Shown: positions 14,133 to 28,910 of the stretch, one piece after another
Numbering within the stretch: position 1 is the first letter of the stretch
Layout: each line of letters begins with the position of its first letter
From: Octopus vulgaris
Taxonomy: Eukaryota
NCBI GenBank assembly: GCA_951406725.2
Contig: OX597826.1
Location: 66,588,001 to 66,652,000, forward strand
Reading direction: 5' to 3'
DNA: 64,000 nucleotides
The notes under the pieces: generated by a model
The model's database searches: none
Seen by the model: only the letters and a program-made list of their open reading frames with translations
Told to the model about the DNA's origin: nothing
Position numbers and translations under genes: made by a program

Positions 14133-14785
14133 ACAAAGGATTATTGCCAGATAGAAGGTGGAACTCGAAACCCCATAAATATTTTTTTCTCGTCAAGGTA
14201 GTTGTTGCCGCTGATTAGGTGAGGTAATTGAAATGGGCTGCTGGGGTTTTGTGGGGGCATTCATTCTGCAAAGCTGTGACAGTGCTTGGAATTACATAAA
14301 TTCCATTGCTGAAGCTGCAAAGACTAAGAGGGCAGAATAGTGGTTTGCTGTTGTTACTGGGTTGCAAGCTGGGATTTCATCAACTCCGGGTGAGTAAATT
14401 GAGTGAGATGGGTCTGACGCTGCAAGAGCCTTCCCCCGCAAAAGAAAACCCCCACTGAGAGCCTAGAAATATCACTGACGGTGCATCCCTGACCGTACGT
14501 AAGATGTGTCTTGGAACTGTTGTACTTGACGTGTGTACTTATTTTTGATGTTGTTGCCGCTGCGACGGCTCTTGGCATTGCTGCTGGTGTCGCGGGTACT
14601 ACTGGAGCTGGTGGTGGTGAAGATGGTGCTGCTGGACTGCTGCTGCTGCTGCTGCTGCTACTATTGCTGATGCTGGTCTCAAATTTGATAGATTGAATCA
14701 ATCCAAAGTGGCACCATTGGGACATTTTCAGAAATGTCAAACGGAATTAGGTTTATTATCAAACACTCGCAGACATACATGCATA

Positions 14786-14857
<72 letters not shown>

Positions 14858-14959
14858 TATATGCATATATACATATATATATGTATATATACATATATAT
14901 ATATGTATATATAAATATATATATACATATATATATATACATGTATGTATATATATACG

Positions 14960-14993
<34 letters not shown>

Positions 14994-14997
14994 CATG

Positions 14998-15031
<34 letters not shown>

Positions 15032-15069
15032 TATATGTATATGTATATATATGTGTATATATATATATG

Positions 15070-15132
<63 letters not shown>

Positions 15133-15621
15133 GTATACATACACACATCAACATCAAAATATAACTTACATACTCTTACTTACATACATTTGTTCTTTTA
15201 TACATACATCTCTATACAAATATACACGCATATGACCGAGAGATATATACACATGCACACACTAATATATATATATATACATATATACACAAGCACCCCC
15301 TCCCACACATATATATATGTGCATACTCGCACATATGCACATGCGCATACATACAGCTAGGGTACACATATGTAACACGTAAAACTTGACGCTCATACAC
15401 GCAAAATACACACACACATACACACACACATACGATATTTTACTCTCTCACACACACACACGTATCTATATATATGTATTCTGAAAAGCAGACGGCTATA
15501 CAAAGATATATATAAGCACATATTCATTCACAAAGAAACGGTGAAGCGTATGAATATATATACACAATCAACACGCGCGAATAAACACAGATACACACAC
15601 GCACGTACACACGCACGTACA

Positions 15622-15655
<34 letters not shown>

Positions 15656-15696
15656 GAGCAATACATACGCAACCAATATATACACAAAGATAGAGC

Positions 15697-15860
15697 CGGG
15701 AGCTGGCAGAATCGTTAGCACGCCGGGCTAAAATGCTTAGCGGCATTTCGCCCGTCTTTACGTTCTGAGTTCAAATTTCACCGAGGTCGACTGTGCCTTT
15801 CATCCTTTCGGGGTCGATAAAATAAGTATCAGGTGAACAGTGGGGTCGGAATATTCGACT
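15697..15860 (+). mobile_element. SINE family B
   Basis: GAGCTGGCAGAATCGTTAGC..GAGTTCAAAT..CATCCTTTCGGGGTCGA. Confidence 0.85.
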
Positions 15861-15973
15861 ATACCACCTCTTCCGAAGTTGTTGACTTTCTACCAAACTT
15901 TGAAACCAATGTATATATATATATATACATATATATATGTATATATAGACATACCCACCCGCACATACAAACG

Positions 15974-16262
<289 letters not shown>

Positions 16263-16271
16263 ATTTATATA

Positions 16272-16712
16272 CATTCTTTTATTTGTTTCAGTCATTTGAC
16301 TGCAGCCAAGCTGGAGCACCGCTTTAGTGGCGCAAACCGACCACATAACTTATTCCTTGTAAGCCTAGTGCGTTTTCTATTGGTCTCTTTTACCGAAGCG
16401 CTAAGTTGCGGGGACGTAAACACACCAGCATCAGTTGTCAAGCGATGTTGTTGGGGAGGAGAAGCACAGACACACACACACACAGACACACACGCACACA
16501 CACACGCACACACACACACGCACACACACACACACGCATACACACACAAATATACATGTATATATACGACGGGCTTCTTTCAGTTTCCGTGTACCAAATC
16601 CACTCGCAAGGCTTTGGTCAGGTCGAGGGTATAGTAGAAGACACTTGCCCAAAGTGCCATGCAGTGGGACTGAACCCGGAACCACTTGGTTGGTAAGCAA
16701 GCTACATACCAC
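16272..16712 (-). mobile_element. SINE family A
   Basis: Matches the family A consensus, with internal (CA)n. Confidence 0.9.
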
Positions 16713-17094
16713 ACACACACACACACACACGCACACTCACACACATACATACACACACACATCATGTGTACATACTTATACGTATATATGTATGTATGTT
16801 TGTATGTATGTATGTATGTATGTATGTATGTATGTATGTATGTATGTATGTGTGTATGTATGTATGTATGTATGTGTGTGTGTGTATGTATGTATGTGTG
16901 TATGTATGTATGTGAATGTATGTATGTATGTATGTGTGTATGTATGTATGTATGTATGTATGCATGCATGCATGCATGCATGTATGTATGTATGTATGTA
17001 TGTATGTTTGCATGCATGCATGCATGTATGTATGTATGTATGTATGTATGTATGTATGTATGTATGTATGTATGTATGTATGTATGTTTGCATG

Positions 17095-17128
<34 letters not shown>

Positions 17129-17955
17129 TGTATGTATAAAAGTACGTTATTTAAGAATGAATTTCTCTAGTTACTTTACACCCTAATTTGCTTTCCATAG
17201 CATGCAATTAACTGGACAAATTCATTTCTGACTTTTTGAAATTATCTCCCTTTCTTTCTTGAGAGGCTCTAACAATTGCCGCTAGGTTTCTGTTTTCCAT
17301 CTCCCACTTAGAACGAAACTTAAAGCTAAAAAAAAAAAAAGGGAAAAAAGAAAGGAAAAAAGAGAAGGAATTTACTTAGCTTAATTATCCAAATTTCTAC
17401 TTTAGACCCCCTAAAGTTATTTCTTTTACTTGTCTGTGTTCCTATTTTTGTTCTTCTCAGTCCTTCTCTCTCTCTTTTTCTCTGTGTATATATTTACATA
17501 CGCATATATGTTTATACACATACACACACACACAAGCATATGCACCCCACCACATATACATATGTTCTTGTAAGCTTGTTCGTTAGAACAAAGCTTACAG
17601 GTATAACATGAAGTGCAGACTCCTTCAGTGGGCAGTGTTATATATTCTTTCTTTGGCGAATAGTTTACAATTTTAATTATGTTCCGATACTAAGTGCATC
17701 GGTTACACACGCGTACGCCCATTTTTCCACACATCCATAGAAGCATGCATACAAACACACATGTATACATAGATACTCCTATACACACACACACGAGTAT
17801 ATATGTATATATATATATATATACATACACATAGACACGCGTATACACACAACACACATATGTATATATATTCATACAAGTAAGCTTATAAATGTAACAC
17901 AAGGCGGAAAAAAATAGTACTAGATTACCTAAGGCAGAGCAATATATATATATTT

Positions 17956-18143
17956 TTTTATCAGAGCTTCAAAATCTTCACAGAACTATTGCTCAGTGTT
18001 TCAGGTTCCCGTTCGTCGGACGATTGGGAGGAATGCTCACAACTGTCCGGCAACAAACAACTGTATTGATCACAACTGTCCGAAGAGCGGGAACGTGAAA
18101 CTCTGTGAGACAATTCTGAGAAGATTTTGCAGCTTTAATAAAA
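17956..18143. repeat. Diverged fold-back palindrome with a hammerhead remnant in each arm
   Basis: Right arm AACTGT-CCGAAGA-GCG-GGAA-CGT-GAAA-CTC..GAG-ACAATT; left arm (minus) CCGACGA-ACGGGAACCT-GAAACACTGAGCA. Confidence 0.75.
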
Positions 18144-18198
<55 letters not shown>

Positions 18199-18643
18199 AT
18201 ATAAATAATATATAAATATATGCATATACACATACATACATGTACATAACTACATATATATATGTATATATACATGCATATATGGGTATAGGGCATCAAA
18301 AAAAAAATGTTGAACACAATGAGAAACAAAAACATAGAAAACGAACTCTTTTTCGAAGAGTGCAAAAAGAGAAACGAGACATGCAACATAAAGAATATTC
18401 CACTTCATCAGTTGTCCCTGTTTCATCTACTCTGTGCGTTCGAAGGTAAAGACAATACATGACTTCGTTGAAACAGTCCTTCACGCAAAGCAAATTAAAT
18501 AAAATTTGGGATTTTTTGCAGAGGGTGAAAGTAGTAACAAGAACAGGACAGTGAGAACAAAACAGTAAAAACAAACGATGACGGCTGTTAAGCCAAGATG
18601 ATAGAAAAATTATTATTATTATTATTATTATTATTATTGAGTG

Positions 18644-18696
<53 letters not shown>

Positions 18697-18760
18697 CAGA
18701 GATATGGTTAAGGCCAAACAACTGACAAGCAAATCTGTGGTATTGAGCAGAATATTTGCT

Positions 18761-18825
<65 letters not shown>

Positions 18826-18833
18826 TTATTATA

Positions 18834-18867
<34 letters not shown>

Positions 18868-19464
18868 CTTTTACACCCTTTATACAATGTCTTAGAATCG
18901 GAAAAGAAGAAAAGAGGAGGGGTGATAGACCGAGGAAGGAAGGTAGAACTAAAAGTTAAACTTTACTTACAGATCCTCATGTAACCATGGGATGGGGTTA
19001 GAAAAAGTCGACAGATTAAGTCTACCATCCATGTAGGCCACAGCGGGATTTGAACTCAGTAAGCATGAGCTGCCCGTACTATGCAACAGGTATTTTGACA
19101 TTTTGTTCCCCACACTCCGGCTAATTCGCCAGTTCTAGGTAGGGAATTTATATATAAGACACAGAAAAAATGATATAAAGTAAATTTAACCTCCGCCGAG
19201 TGGATTTGAACTCAGAACGTAAGGAACAGCGAATTTCACACAATAATACCTATAAAACGTTTGCGTCATTTAAAGGCAGATAGTTAACTTTACTTTACGT
19301 ATTGAGTTCTCTATCAGATTATGTCTTGTATGGTTTTTACGCATGTTCATATATATTAAAAAATTATACATACACACATATCCTTATACACACATACATA
19401 AATACATATACACATACATACATACATACATACATACATACATACGTACATACATACACACACA

Positions 19465-19555
<91 letters not shown>

Positions 19556-19693
19556 ACATATATATATATATGTATATATGTATATATATATAAGTACATA
19601 TATATACGTATATACATATGTATAGTGAGTGGGGATGTATATATGCGTCTATGCATGTATATATATATATATGTATGTATATGTAAATGTATG

Positions 19694-19762
<69 letters not shown>

Positions 19763-19797
19763 ATACATATGTGTGTGTGATTATGCGGGTGCACATG

Positions 19798-19842
<45 letters not shown>

Positions 19843-20181
19843 AACATTTTGCGAATACACAAGCACACTGTATGCTGTCAAATATGGCGAAGCTTTTTAA
19901 TCTTCTGTTGGAGAGAAATACTCAAGGGAAATCAAACGTTGACCATGTTGTCGTCCTCTTCTTCTTCTTCTTCTTCTTCTTCTTCTTCTTCTTCTTCTTC
20001 TTCTTCTTCTTCTTCTTCTTCTTCTTCTTCTTCTTCTTCTTCTTCTTCTTCTTCTTCTTCTCTATTTCTCTTTTTCTTTCTTCGTGTCATTCCTTGTATT
20101 TTTGTCTTAGTTCTTTTTCATTCTCTCGCCTCTATCTTCTTGTACTTCTTGGTCTCAAAGAAACAGCTACTAATCTCTCAT

Positions 20182-20229
<48 letters not shown>

Positions 20230-20599
20230 CACATGTCTTTCTTTCATCTCTGCATACACACATGCTCACGCACACATTCACACACACATACACACACACG
20301 CACGTTCATACACATACACACATCATACTGTTCTTCTTGACACACTTCTCTCTCTCTCTCTGCTTTTTATATTTATTTCTCCACTTCCCTGTCTTTCTTT
20401 TTCACGTTCAAACGAAAAAGCACTCAACATTGTTAAAGAAATTGGAATGATATTATTTATTCAATGCTAAGTCTGTGTAAAGTGGCCATTCGGCGGCGTT
20501 TCTCAGTGGTATCTTGAATGTTCAAGAAACTTCGAGTAATGACTCACGCAAGCTCAAATTTGACCAAAGCTTTTACACACACACGCACGCACACACACA

Positions 20600-20658
<59 letters not shown>

Positions 20659-20980
20659 GGCACTCCGTCGGTTACGACGAGGGTTCCAGTTGATCCGATC
20701 AACGGAACAAACCTACTTGTGAAATTAACCCGTAAGTGGCTGAGCACTCCACAGACATGTGTACCCTTAACGTAGTTCTCAGGGAGATTCAGCGTCACAC
20801 AGAGTATGACAAGACTGGCCCTTTGAAATACAGGTACTACTCATTTTTGTCAGCTGAGTGGACTGGAGCAACATGAAATAAAGTGTCTTGCTCAAGGACA
20901 CAATGCACCACTGGTTTTCGAACTCACGACCTTACGATCATGAGCAGAATATCTCTAACCATTAAGCCACGCGTCTTCAC
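20659..20980 (-). mobile_element. tRNA-derived SINE family C
   Basis: Minus strand GTGAAGACGCGTGGCTTAATGG..GAGTTCGAAAACC..GTGTCCTTGAGCAAGACACTT. Confidence 0.8.
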
Positions 20981-22021
20981 ACACACACACACACACATAC
21001 ATGTATGTATATGTTTTTTTAAATCTTTTTCTTGTTTCAGTCATTGAGCTACGGCCATGCTGGGGTACCGCCTCGAAAGATTTAGTCGAACAAATCGACT
21101 TCAGTACTTATTTAAGAAAAAAATCCCGGTACATATTCTGTCGGTCTCTTTTGCCGAACCACTATTTACGTGGACGCAAACAAACCGACACCGGTCGTCA
21201 AATGGTGTCGGTGGACAAACACAAACACAAAGACATACACACATAGATATACATGTAAAATAATTTACTCACAAACACACACGCACACACTTCCCAAGCG
21301 TCAACCTAATAATCTGCTTGTTGTTCCTACACCTGTCTTCGTCTTTGTTTTTCTATAAATTTGAACTACACACACACACACACACACACACACGCATATA
21401 TATATATATATATATATACGCACCTCAAACACACAAATAGTTAATACAAGGGGTGATAGCGCTAAACGGTCATGTGTATAAATATAATGTCGTTACTATT
21501 TCAAATATGCTTCAGACATATTCGAACCCGCAAGTAAACCGTTCACTGTGTTTTGTGGTGGAAAAAAAATTCTCTCTGTCGACAGAAAGGTGTAAACACA
21601 TTGATCCAGTTCACAATGTCCCCGTAGCCAGAAATGTTGGATGCATGCATTTCGGAGTGGTTACTTCGTCTTCAACAACAGGGACCGCATCCACCTTTCC
21701 TCTCTTTGATGCTGATAGCTTTCTTACGCGTTCGGAATATCCTTTAAGTATATTTGAACTGATAATAGTTTTCTATTTATACATAATATGTACAAGCAGC
21801 ACAGGCACAGAAAGGATGAGAGAAGAAGGAGAGACAGAGTGAAGAAGATAGCAAGTGAGTTAGAAAAATTCATCGTAAATTTATTTTCAGTATTTAATAT
21901 TAAAAATTCATCTTTAGAACTATTATAAATCAATACACATGACACAAGTCATAAATACTGTTTATAGACAACCCGACATTATATGAAATGTATAGAAAGC
22001 CCAACTCATTTCTCCATAATA

Positions 22022-22413
22022 TCTCTCTATATAAAGCTGAAGTTGTCTGTGCATGGCAGGTTTTGTAGCCTTCAACGAACACTATCTCCTCCGAGACCCT
22101 GCGGCGTAAGTTGACCAAAATTGAGAGTATGATAGAAGAAGGCTTGCTCTTCCTTCCGTATTAGAAAAAAATTCAAATTGGACCATGTTAATACCAAAAA
22201 TTATTTACATCAAAAAGGTGCTTTTTTTCTATGAAAATCATTATTTTTTACGATTTTTTCACTGCTGTGTCACCATTTTTCGGTGTATTTCAACAAGAAA
22301 AAATGTTCACTTAAAGAGAACAACAAGCTACATAATGCAAAATTTTTACTTTTGAAAAATTCCAATTCTAAAGGGTCGAAACATACCCGAGCAACGCCGG
22401 GCGATACTGCTAG
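22022..22413 (+). mobile_element. Non-autonomous Helitron
   Basis: A^TC 5' end, subterminal hairpin CCCGAGCAACGCCGGG, CTAG^T 3' end, no target-site duplication. Confidence 0.8.
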
Positions 22414-22635
22414 TTATAACAATATCGGTGAACATCATTAGTAGACGTTTTCCGAATATAAACTCTGAAAAAGACGCTTTCAAACGCGTTGTATATCTGG
22501 CCAATTGCAGATAATGAAACGGGTGTAAGAGAATTATGTCAATATTCATATTGATGAAAGATTTTGAAACTTCGTTATCGAGTGCATTATTGAGAAATAA
22601 TACCCGAATGTTTTTTCTGCTGCTTTTCGTTGTTC

Positions 22636-22887
22636 TTAAACATTTTGTTACTATATTCCTGCTGAAATACGCTACTTTTGTTTCGTATTTCAAAATACGA
22701 AACAATTCTTCTTTGAAAATAACGAAGAATTTAGTAAAATAACATCGCCATTATTAAGCTGGTTTTTTGGAACATAAACTAACATAAAATTTTGATAAAA
22801 AGTTATAATTTAAATTTCTTTAAAATAGAAAGTTTGTAACCAAGGATCAGGAGCAGTGTCAGGTGGATTGGTATAAAGAAAGATTAA
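22636..22887. mobile_element. Degenerate TTAA-flanked (piggyBac-like) MITE
   Basis: Imperfect inverted termini TTAAACATTTTGTTAC...GGTATAAAGAAAGATTAA with TTAA at both ends. Confidence 0.4.
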
Positions 22888-22989
22888 GAAGTTTTAAATG
22901 GCTCTTCCACGATGTAGCGTTTCAGTGAGATCAAGTCATTTGCTAAACAAGTACAAGTCCAAGACTTGAATACATATATGCATATACAT

Positions 22990-23438
22990 GCGCAGAAGTG
23001 GCTGTGTGGTAATTAGCTTGCTAACTAGCCACATGGTTCCGGGTTCAGTCCCACTGCGTGCCACCTTGGGCAAGTGTCTTCTGCTATAGCCCCGGGCTGA
23101 CCAATGCCTTGTGAGTGGATTTGGTAGACGGAAACTGAAAGAAGCCTGTCGTATATATGTATATATATATAAGTGTGTGTGTGTATATGTTTGTGTGTCT
23201 GTGTTTGTCCCCCTAGCATTGCTTGACAACTGATGCTGGTGTGTTTACGTCCCCGTCACTTAGCGGTTCGGCAAAAGACACCGATAGAATAAGTACTGGG
23301 CTTACAAAGAATAAGTCCCGGGGTCGATTTGCTCGACTAAAGGCGGTGCTCCAGCATGGCCGCAGTCAAATGACTGAAACAAGTAAAAGAGAGAGAGAGA
23401 GTAAAAGAGAGAGAGAGAGTAAAAGAGAGAGAGAGAGT
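22990..23438 (+). mobile_element. SINE family A, full length
   Basis: A-box TGGCTGTGTGG, B-box GGTTCAGTCCC, tail repeats GTAAAAGAGAGAGAGA. Confidence 0.92.
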
Positions 23439-23539
23439 AATATCTGTGAATCTCACGCGACATGAACGGCCACACCATAGGGACATATAGGCAGGACCTC
23501 ATAAGGTTCTTTAAGCAATTTGGTTTAGATATAACCATT

Positions 23540-23810
23540 AGCGGTTGATCCGATCAATAAAACAGCCTGCTCGTGAAATTAATGTGTAAGTAGTTGAGTA
23601 TTCCACGGACACACATACCCTTAATATAGTTCTCAGTGAGAAAGCGATAAGGCTGGCGTTAGAAATATAGATACTACTCACTTTTTCCAGCTGAGTTGAT
23701 TGAAGTGAAATAATGTCTTGCTCAAGGACGCAACGCGTTGCCGCAAATTGAACTCACAACCGTAATGTCGTGAGCCGAATACCTTAACCACTAAGCCACG
23801 TGCCCTCACT
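23540..23810 (-). mobile_element. SINE family C
   Basis: Colinear with 20685-20980. Confidence 0.8.
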
Positions 23811-23849
23811 CATATTACATTAAAGCTTAAGAAAGCGGACCTTGCTTAT

Positions 23850-23945
<96 letters not shown>

Positions 23946-23956
23946 ACACACACTCA

Positions 23957-23998
<42 letters not shown>

Positions 23999-24365
23999 AA
24001 TAAAAATGTCACACATACTTCATTACACCTTCTCGCTTGTACGTTGCTTATCTTCCTCAGCTCGCTCTCTTTGTTGCATCTCACATTTCTACCCGACTTT
24101 GTTGTATCATTCACTAAGGTACTTCACTGACATCAAAAGATTTTACCTCATTTCTAGTCTCTTTCCTTTCCGTGACAACGGACAACTGTCCGAAACGCTG
24201 AATCATGTTTGTTTCTCTTATTTTACACGATAGCTACATTTATTCATTATTGTTTTTCGTCTCGTATGTCTTGTGACTAAACACCCGCATGCGCACATCC
24301 ACACACCTATATACACACATAAATACATATCGATGTATTATCATATGTATATTTTATATTCACTG

Positions 24366-24699
24366 TTGTATATTAATTGAAAGAGAGAAACTTTGCTGGA
24401 AAGTTCTATGCTGCTATTCTATTTGTTTTCATAAACTAATTATAAAACGACATTAAAAAAATTTCTATATCTACTTTCTGAGAAACAACTTTTAAATTAA
24501 CTTAATATTAACATTTATTCTATCCATATTTACATATAAATACAGAAGAAAAAAACATGAACATGAATTGTATATGTATATATAAAAAAAACATATAAGA
24601 AAATGTAATATGTCGTTTTGTAACTACTTTACGAAGAAATGATAGAAAAATACAGAACTTTCCAGTTCGGTTTCTCTCCCTTGTCAAAAAATATACAAA
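24366..24699. repeat. Old imperfect fold-back palindrome
   Basis: GAGAGAAAC..CTGGAAAGTTCT..AAAACGACAT is mirrored by ATGTCGTTTT..AGAACTTTCCAG..GTTTCTCTC. Confidence 0.7.
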
Positions 24700-24929
24700 T
24701 ACACAATGAAAGATGAATTTAAATGATGTAGAAAATTTAACTGAAATAAGAAGTGAGAGTTCTCCATTTTACCTGGAGAAGTCTAGAATATCAGTTCTTC
24801 GAAGAATATATTCAGAAGAATAAAACACAGAGAAATACGTGGGTGAATCGCAGATGATATTTTCGATACATACTTTCAATGATATGCTTTGAAATATTTT
24901 TCTGTATTCCTTATAACATCATACATCCG

Positions 24930-25098
24930 CGGATGGATGACATTTTTTTTCTCTCCGTTTTTTTCCCCTCTTAATCGCTTTTGTCGAAAGGAGTAGGCTC
25001 GAAACGTCAAAGACTTTTCCATTCTTCCGGAGCGTTAAACTAATACACCTGTTTGTCGTTCCTTCATCTGTCTTCGTCTTTTGTTTTCTGTAAATTTC

Positions 25099-25101
<3 letters not shown>
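24930..25101 (+). mobile_element. Family E hammerhead-bearing element (degenerate core)
   Basis: ..GTAGGCTCGAAACGTCAAAGAC.. plus the shared 3' end CTGTCTTCGTCTTTTGTTTT..(TA)n. Confidence 0.7.
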
Positions 25102-25149
<48 letters not shown>

Positions 25150-25274
25150 TGTATTCTTTTATTCTTTTATTTGTTTCAGTCATTTGACTGCGGCCATGTT
25201 GTAGCACCGCCTTTAGTCGAGCAAATCAACTCCCCCCACACACACACAGATAAAAAAAATTGATTTAGACGCTT

Positions 25275-25314
25275 TGGTACTCTGAGTTTCAAGCGCGTGG
25301 CTAGTCTTCGGCCA
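25275..25314 (-). ncRNA. Minimal hammerhead motif (U4C core)
   Basis: UGG-CCGAAGA-CUAGC..GCUU-GAAA-CUC-A-GAG-UA-CCA. Confidence 0.6.
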
Positions 25315-25724
25315 TTGGGGTCTGAATGAGAGTTCGACTGAAGAGAGTCAATGTTTACTACTAGATGTTAGCCTGCGATTGGTCGAGAAAGGTCACGCGG
25401 TATAACAGCTTCATATTGGTATGAAGAAATCCAAATGTTCTCCGTATAGAATACCCTCCGCAGTGTTCAAGAGTTTTAAACTTGAGCCGGTATAGAAGTT
25501 AATGTAGTGATAAGTGTGTTAGACAGATCAATCTATAAAGTATATTTAAGGCGGCGAGCTGGTAGAAACGTTAGCACGTGTCTAGAGTAAAAAAGAATAT
25601 ATAAAGTATATTAAATACGTGAAATACAAAAAATGTATGTGTGTATATATATATAAAAAGGTCCAACTTACACAGAATACAAATAATATGGAGAATTAAA
25701 GGGGTTGAAGAAAAGTATTACAAA

Positions 25725-25815
25725 TCCAACAGCTGTTTCTGGGGTTTCGGTGGTGCATGGTAATGTTTGTGGGTTGATTCTATAGTAGGATGAGACGAGC
25801 CTCCGTCTTCAGGAA
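25725..25815 (-). ncRNA. Hammerhead motif with long stem II loop
   Basis: UUC-CUGAAGA-CGGAGG..CCCCA-GAAAC-AGCU-GUU-GGA. Confidence 0.65.
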
Positions 25816-27594
25816 ACTGATCTTACATTTGAAGTATTAAAGGAAAGAAATTTAAAAAATGGAATGATTGAATGTGGAGAGCTAAGGCGCTACTTTAACA
25901 CGGGCGTCTTACACGACTTTGGTCGGCCCTTAGATATAGTAGAAGACACTTGTCCGTGAAGCCACGGTGTGGGACTGAATCCGGAACCATCGACTTGATC
26001 ATTAACTACGTCGCCGTATTGATATCAAAAACGATTTTTGTTTTGTTCATATAACACTACTGTTTCTTTTTTGTCAATTCTGCGCCCTTGACTTTTGTTG
26101 ATGAAAAACCCCTGTCGTTTGAGTCTCAGAGACAATAAAGGACCATCTACACTCCTGATCACACTCAACGCTTTTATCAACAGAAGATCGCATTCGACAA
26201 TTTAGTTCTATATACTGTATATTTGGCCACAAGTATACTGTATAAGACCAACCAGGATGATCACGATTGAAATAGCTCTGACTTGAGCCTAACCAAAAGT
26301 AACAGCGTTCAATTCTCCTCTTCTTCCATTGAAGTATAATGTGATTATGTTCGTGGTTCTTGCTTTATTTTTGTATAATTGTATTTTGGTTGAGAGCTTG
26401 GTTCCTTCTCAAGATTCTAATTGGATATTCCATTATCACGTTGATGCCATCATCTCGGATTACCACTGGCTATGTGTACGCCAATATTCATGTATTATGT
26501 ATGTATGTATGTATGTATGTATGTATGTATGTATGTATGTATGTATGTATGTATGTGTGTATATGTGTGTATGATGTATGTATGTATGTATGTATGTATG
26601 TGTGTATGTATGTATGTATGTGTGTATGTATGTGTGTATGTATGTATGTATGTATACTTGCAAACATGCCTGTTAGAAGGCATATATATATCTATGTATA
26701 TATTTATGTATTCACACAATCAGACATGTATCTATGTATGTACGTATTTCTGCATGTGTGTGTGCACACGTATGTGCGTAAGTATGTACATGTGTACGCG
26801 TGTCTGAATGTATTTCTGTGATACGTACACATGCACACACATATACTTATGTGTCTATGTATATAGACTGACAGATACATAGATACATATATATGTATAC
26901 ACACACACACATGCATGCGTATGAAAACTAGTATATGCGTATCACTCTCTCGATCATTTTCTTAATGTGTGTATGTGTATGTGTGTGTGCGTGTTTTGTG
27001 TGTGTCTGTCTGTGTTTGAGCCTATTCATCAGAAACAATCCTTCTGACCAATTAAATCTTTAATTCTTAATCAATAATTGACGGTATGATGTTTATTACT
27101 TATGGTAGTGGTGATTGTAAAAGTAGTAGTAGTGACAAGACCAGCAGCAGCAGCAGCAGAAGTAGAAGTACTAGTATTAGTAGTAATAGTAGAAGTAGTA
27201 GAAGTAGTAGTAGTAGTGGTAGTAATAGTAGTAGTGTTGGGGCTTTGTTGGTGATGTGGTGGTGATTATATATATGTAGGTATATATGTATATATATATA
27301 TATATGTATGTATACATATATACATATATACATACACACACATATATACATCTACACATATATATAAAATATATGTATATATATATATATATGATATATA
27401 TATATATATATGTAATGCATGTCTTTATATATACGTGTATGTGTGTGTCTATACATGCGTGTTCTCATATATACATATGTATATATTTGAATAAATGTGC
27501 ATGCGTATGCGCGTGCTCGATTGCACTTATGTGTACGATTGTTTGTGCCTGGAGGAGAAAGAAGTTCAGAAAGATGTGCAGAGACAGATGGAGC

Positions 27595-27667
<73 letters not shown>

Positions 27668-28494
27668 GGAGAGCGAGAGAGAGGGAGAGAGAGAGAGAAA
27701 GGTGTGATAAGGTCAATGAAACAGTGTGTGGGTAAGAGTGAGGGTGAGAGGAAACGTGAAGAAAGCGTTAAATGAGACTGACTGCATCAGATGATACATA
27801 CATACATGCACACACACACACAACACACATATACATATATACATATATACATATATACATATATATATATATATACACTCATATAAATATATATACATAT
27901 ATATACATATACACTCATATATGTAAGTATATATATATATATATACATGTCTGTGTGTGTGTGTACGTATGTAGACATATATAGAAAGAGAGAGAAAACT
28001 GGAGGAGAAAGTGTGAAAATAGTTTTTGTTTCGCCCCATGTCACTTCTGATAAACAAGACCTTTGATCATCAGAGCCATTGCCGCCATAGCTCTCTCACT
28101 CTGTATCCAGACTATATTATCTAATGTGTCATTCATTTTTTAAAAGACGACACGGTGAAATTTGAGTGATTTTTTTTGCTGCTATTTCTAACACGTTGAC
28201 GCTCCCTCGTGTGTAAGACACAAATGCTCAACATTGTAGGACAACTTTAACTGACGTTGAATAATCATCACCTTCCTTGGGAACGAGATTGTCCTGAATA
28301 AATCCTATAGACTTTATAGGGCGATCGACACCATCAGAAATTAACCCTAGCTAGCACCTTGCCAAAATATTTGATTTTAAATTTAGCTGAGTTTTTGGTA
28401 TTTAATTATTCACAAAACTTTGCCCGTGTCGGCGCCTTATTAACAGTGCAATAATCACACATTGAATAACACAAATTGAAATATTTCTAATCTA

Positions 28495-28910
28495 TCAGTG
28501 ACTATAAACCTTGAACATAACAGGGAAGCTAGTACTAGGAGGGGTGAAAATCAAGAGAGGAATCTTGCTAGGGGACAGTTTGTTCCCACTAATATTCGTG
28601 CTGGGAAAGATCCCCTTGAGTGAAATACTATAGAAAACAAAGTTGGGGTATGATCTGGGAAGAGGTAAGGGAAAACTAAAACACTTGCTATTCATGGACG
28701 ACCAGAAGCTATTCACAGAAACTGAGACAGAACTGGACAACTTAGTCCAGTCTGTGTGGACTTTCTCCAATGAGATGAGGATGGCGTTTGGACTCGCAAA
28801 ATGTGACACGATGGTGATGAGACGAGGAAAGCTCGCCAGGACAGAAGGCATATGGTTGCCAAGTGGTGAAATGATGAAGGCAATTCAACCTCAGTCCAGC
28901 TATAAATACT
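28495..28910 (+). mobile_element. R4/Dong-clade RT fragment
   Basis: IKRGILLGDSLFPLIFVL, HLLFMDDQKLF, FGLAKC, YKYL. Confidence 0.85.

Noticed and set aside
26220-26497. Possible additional R4-like fragment next to (TATG)n
   Set aside because: Only vague peptide resemblance and no diagnostic motif.
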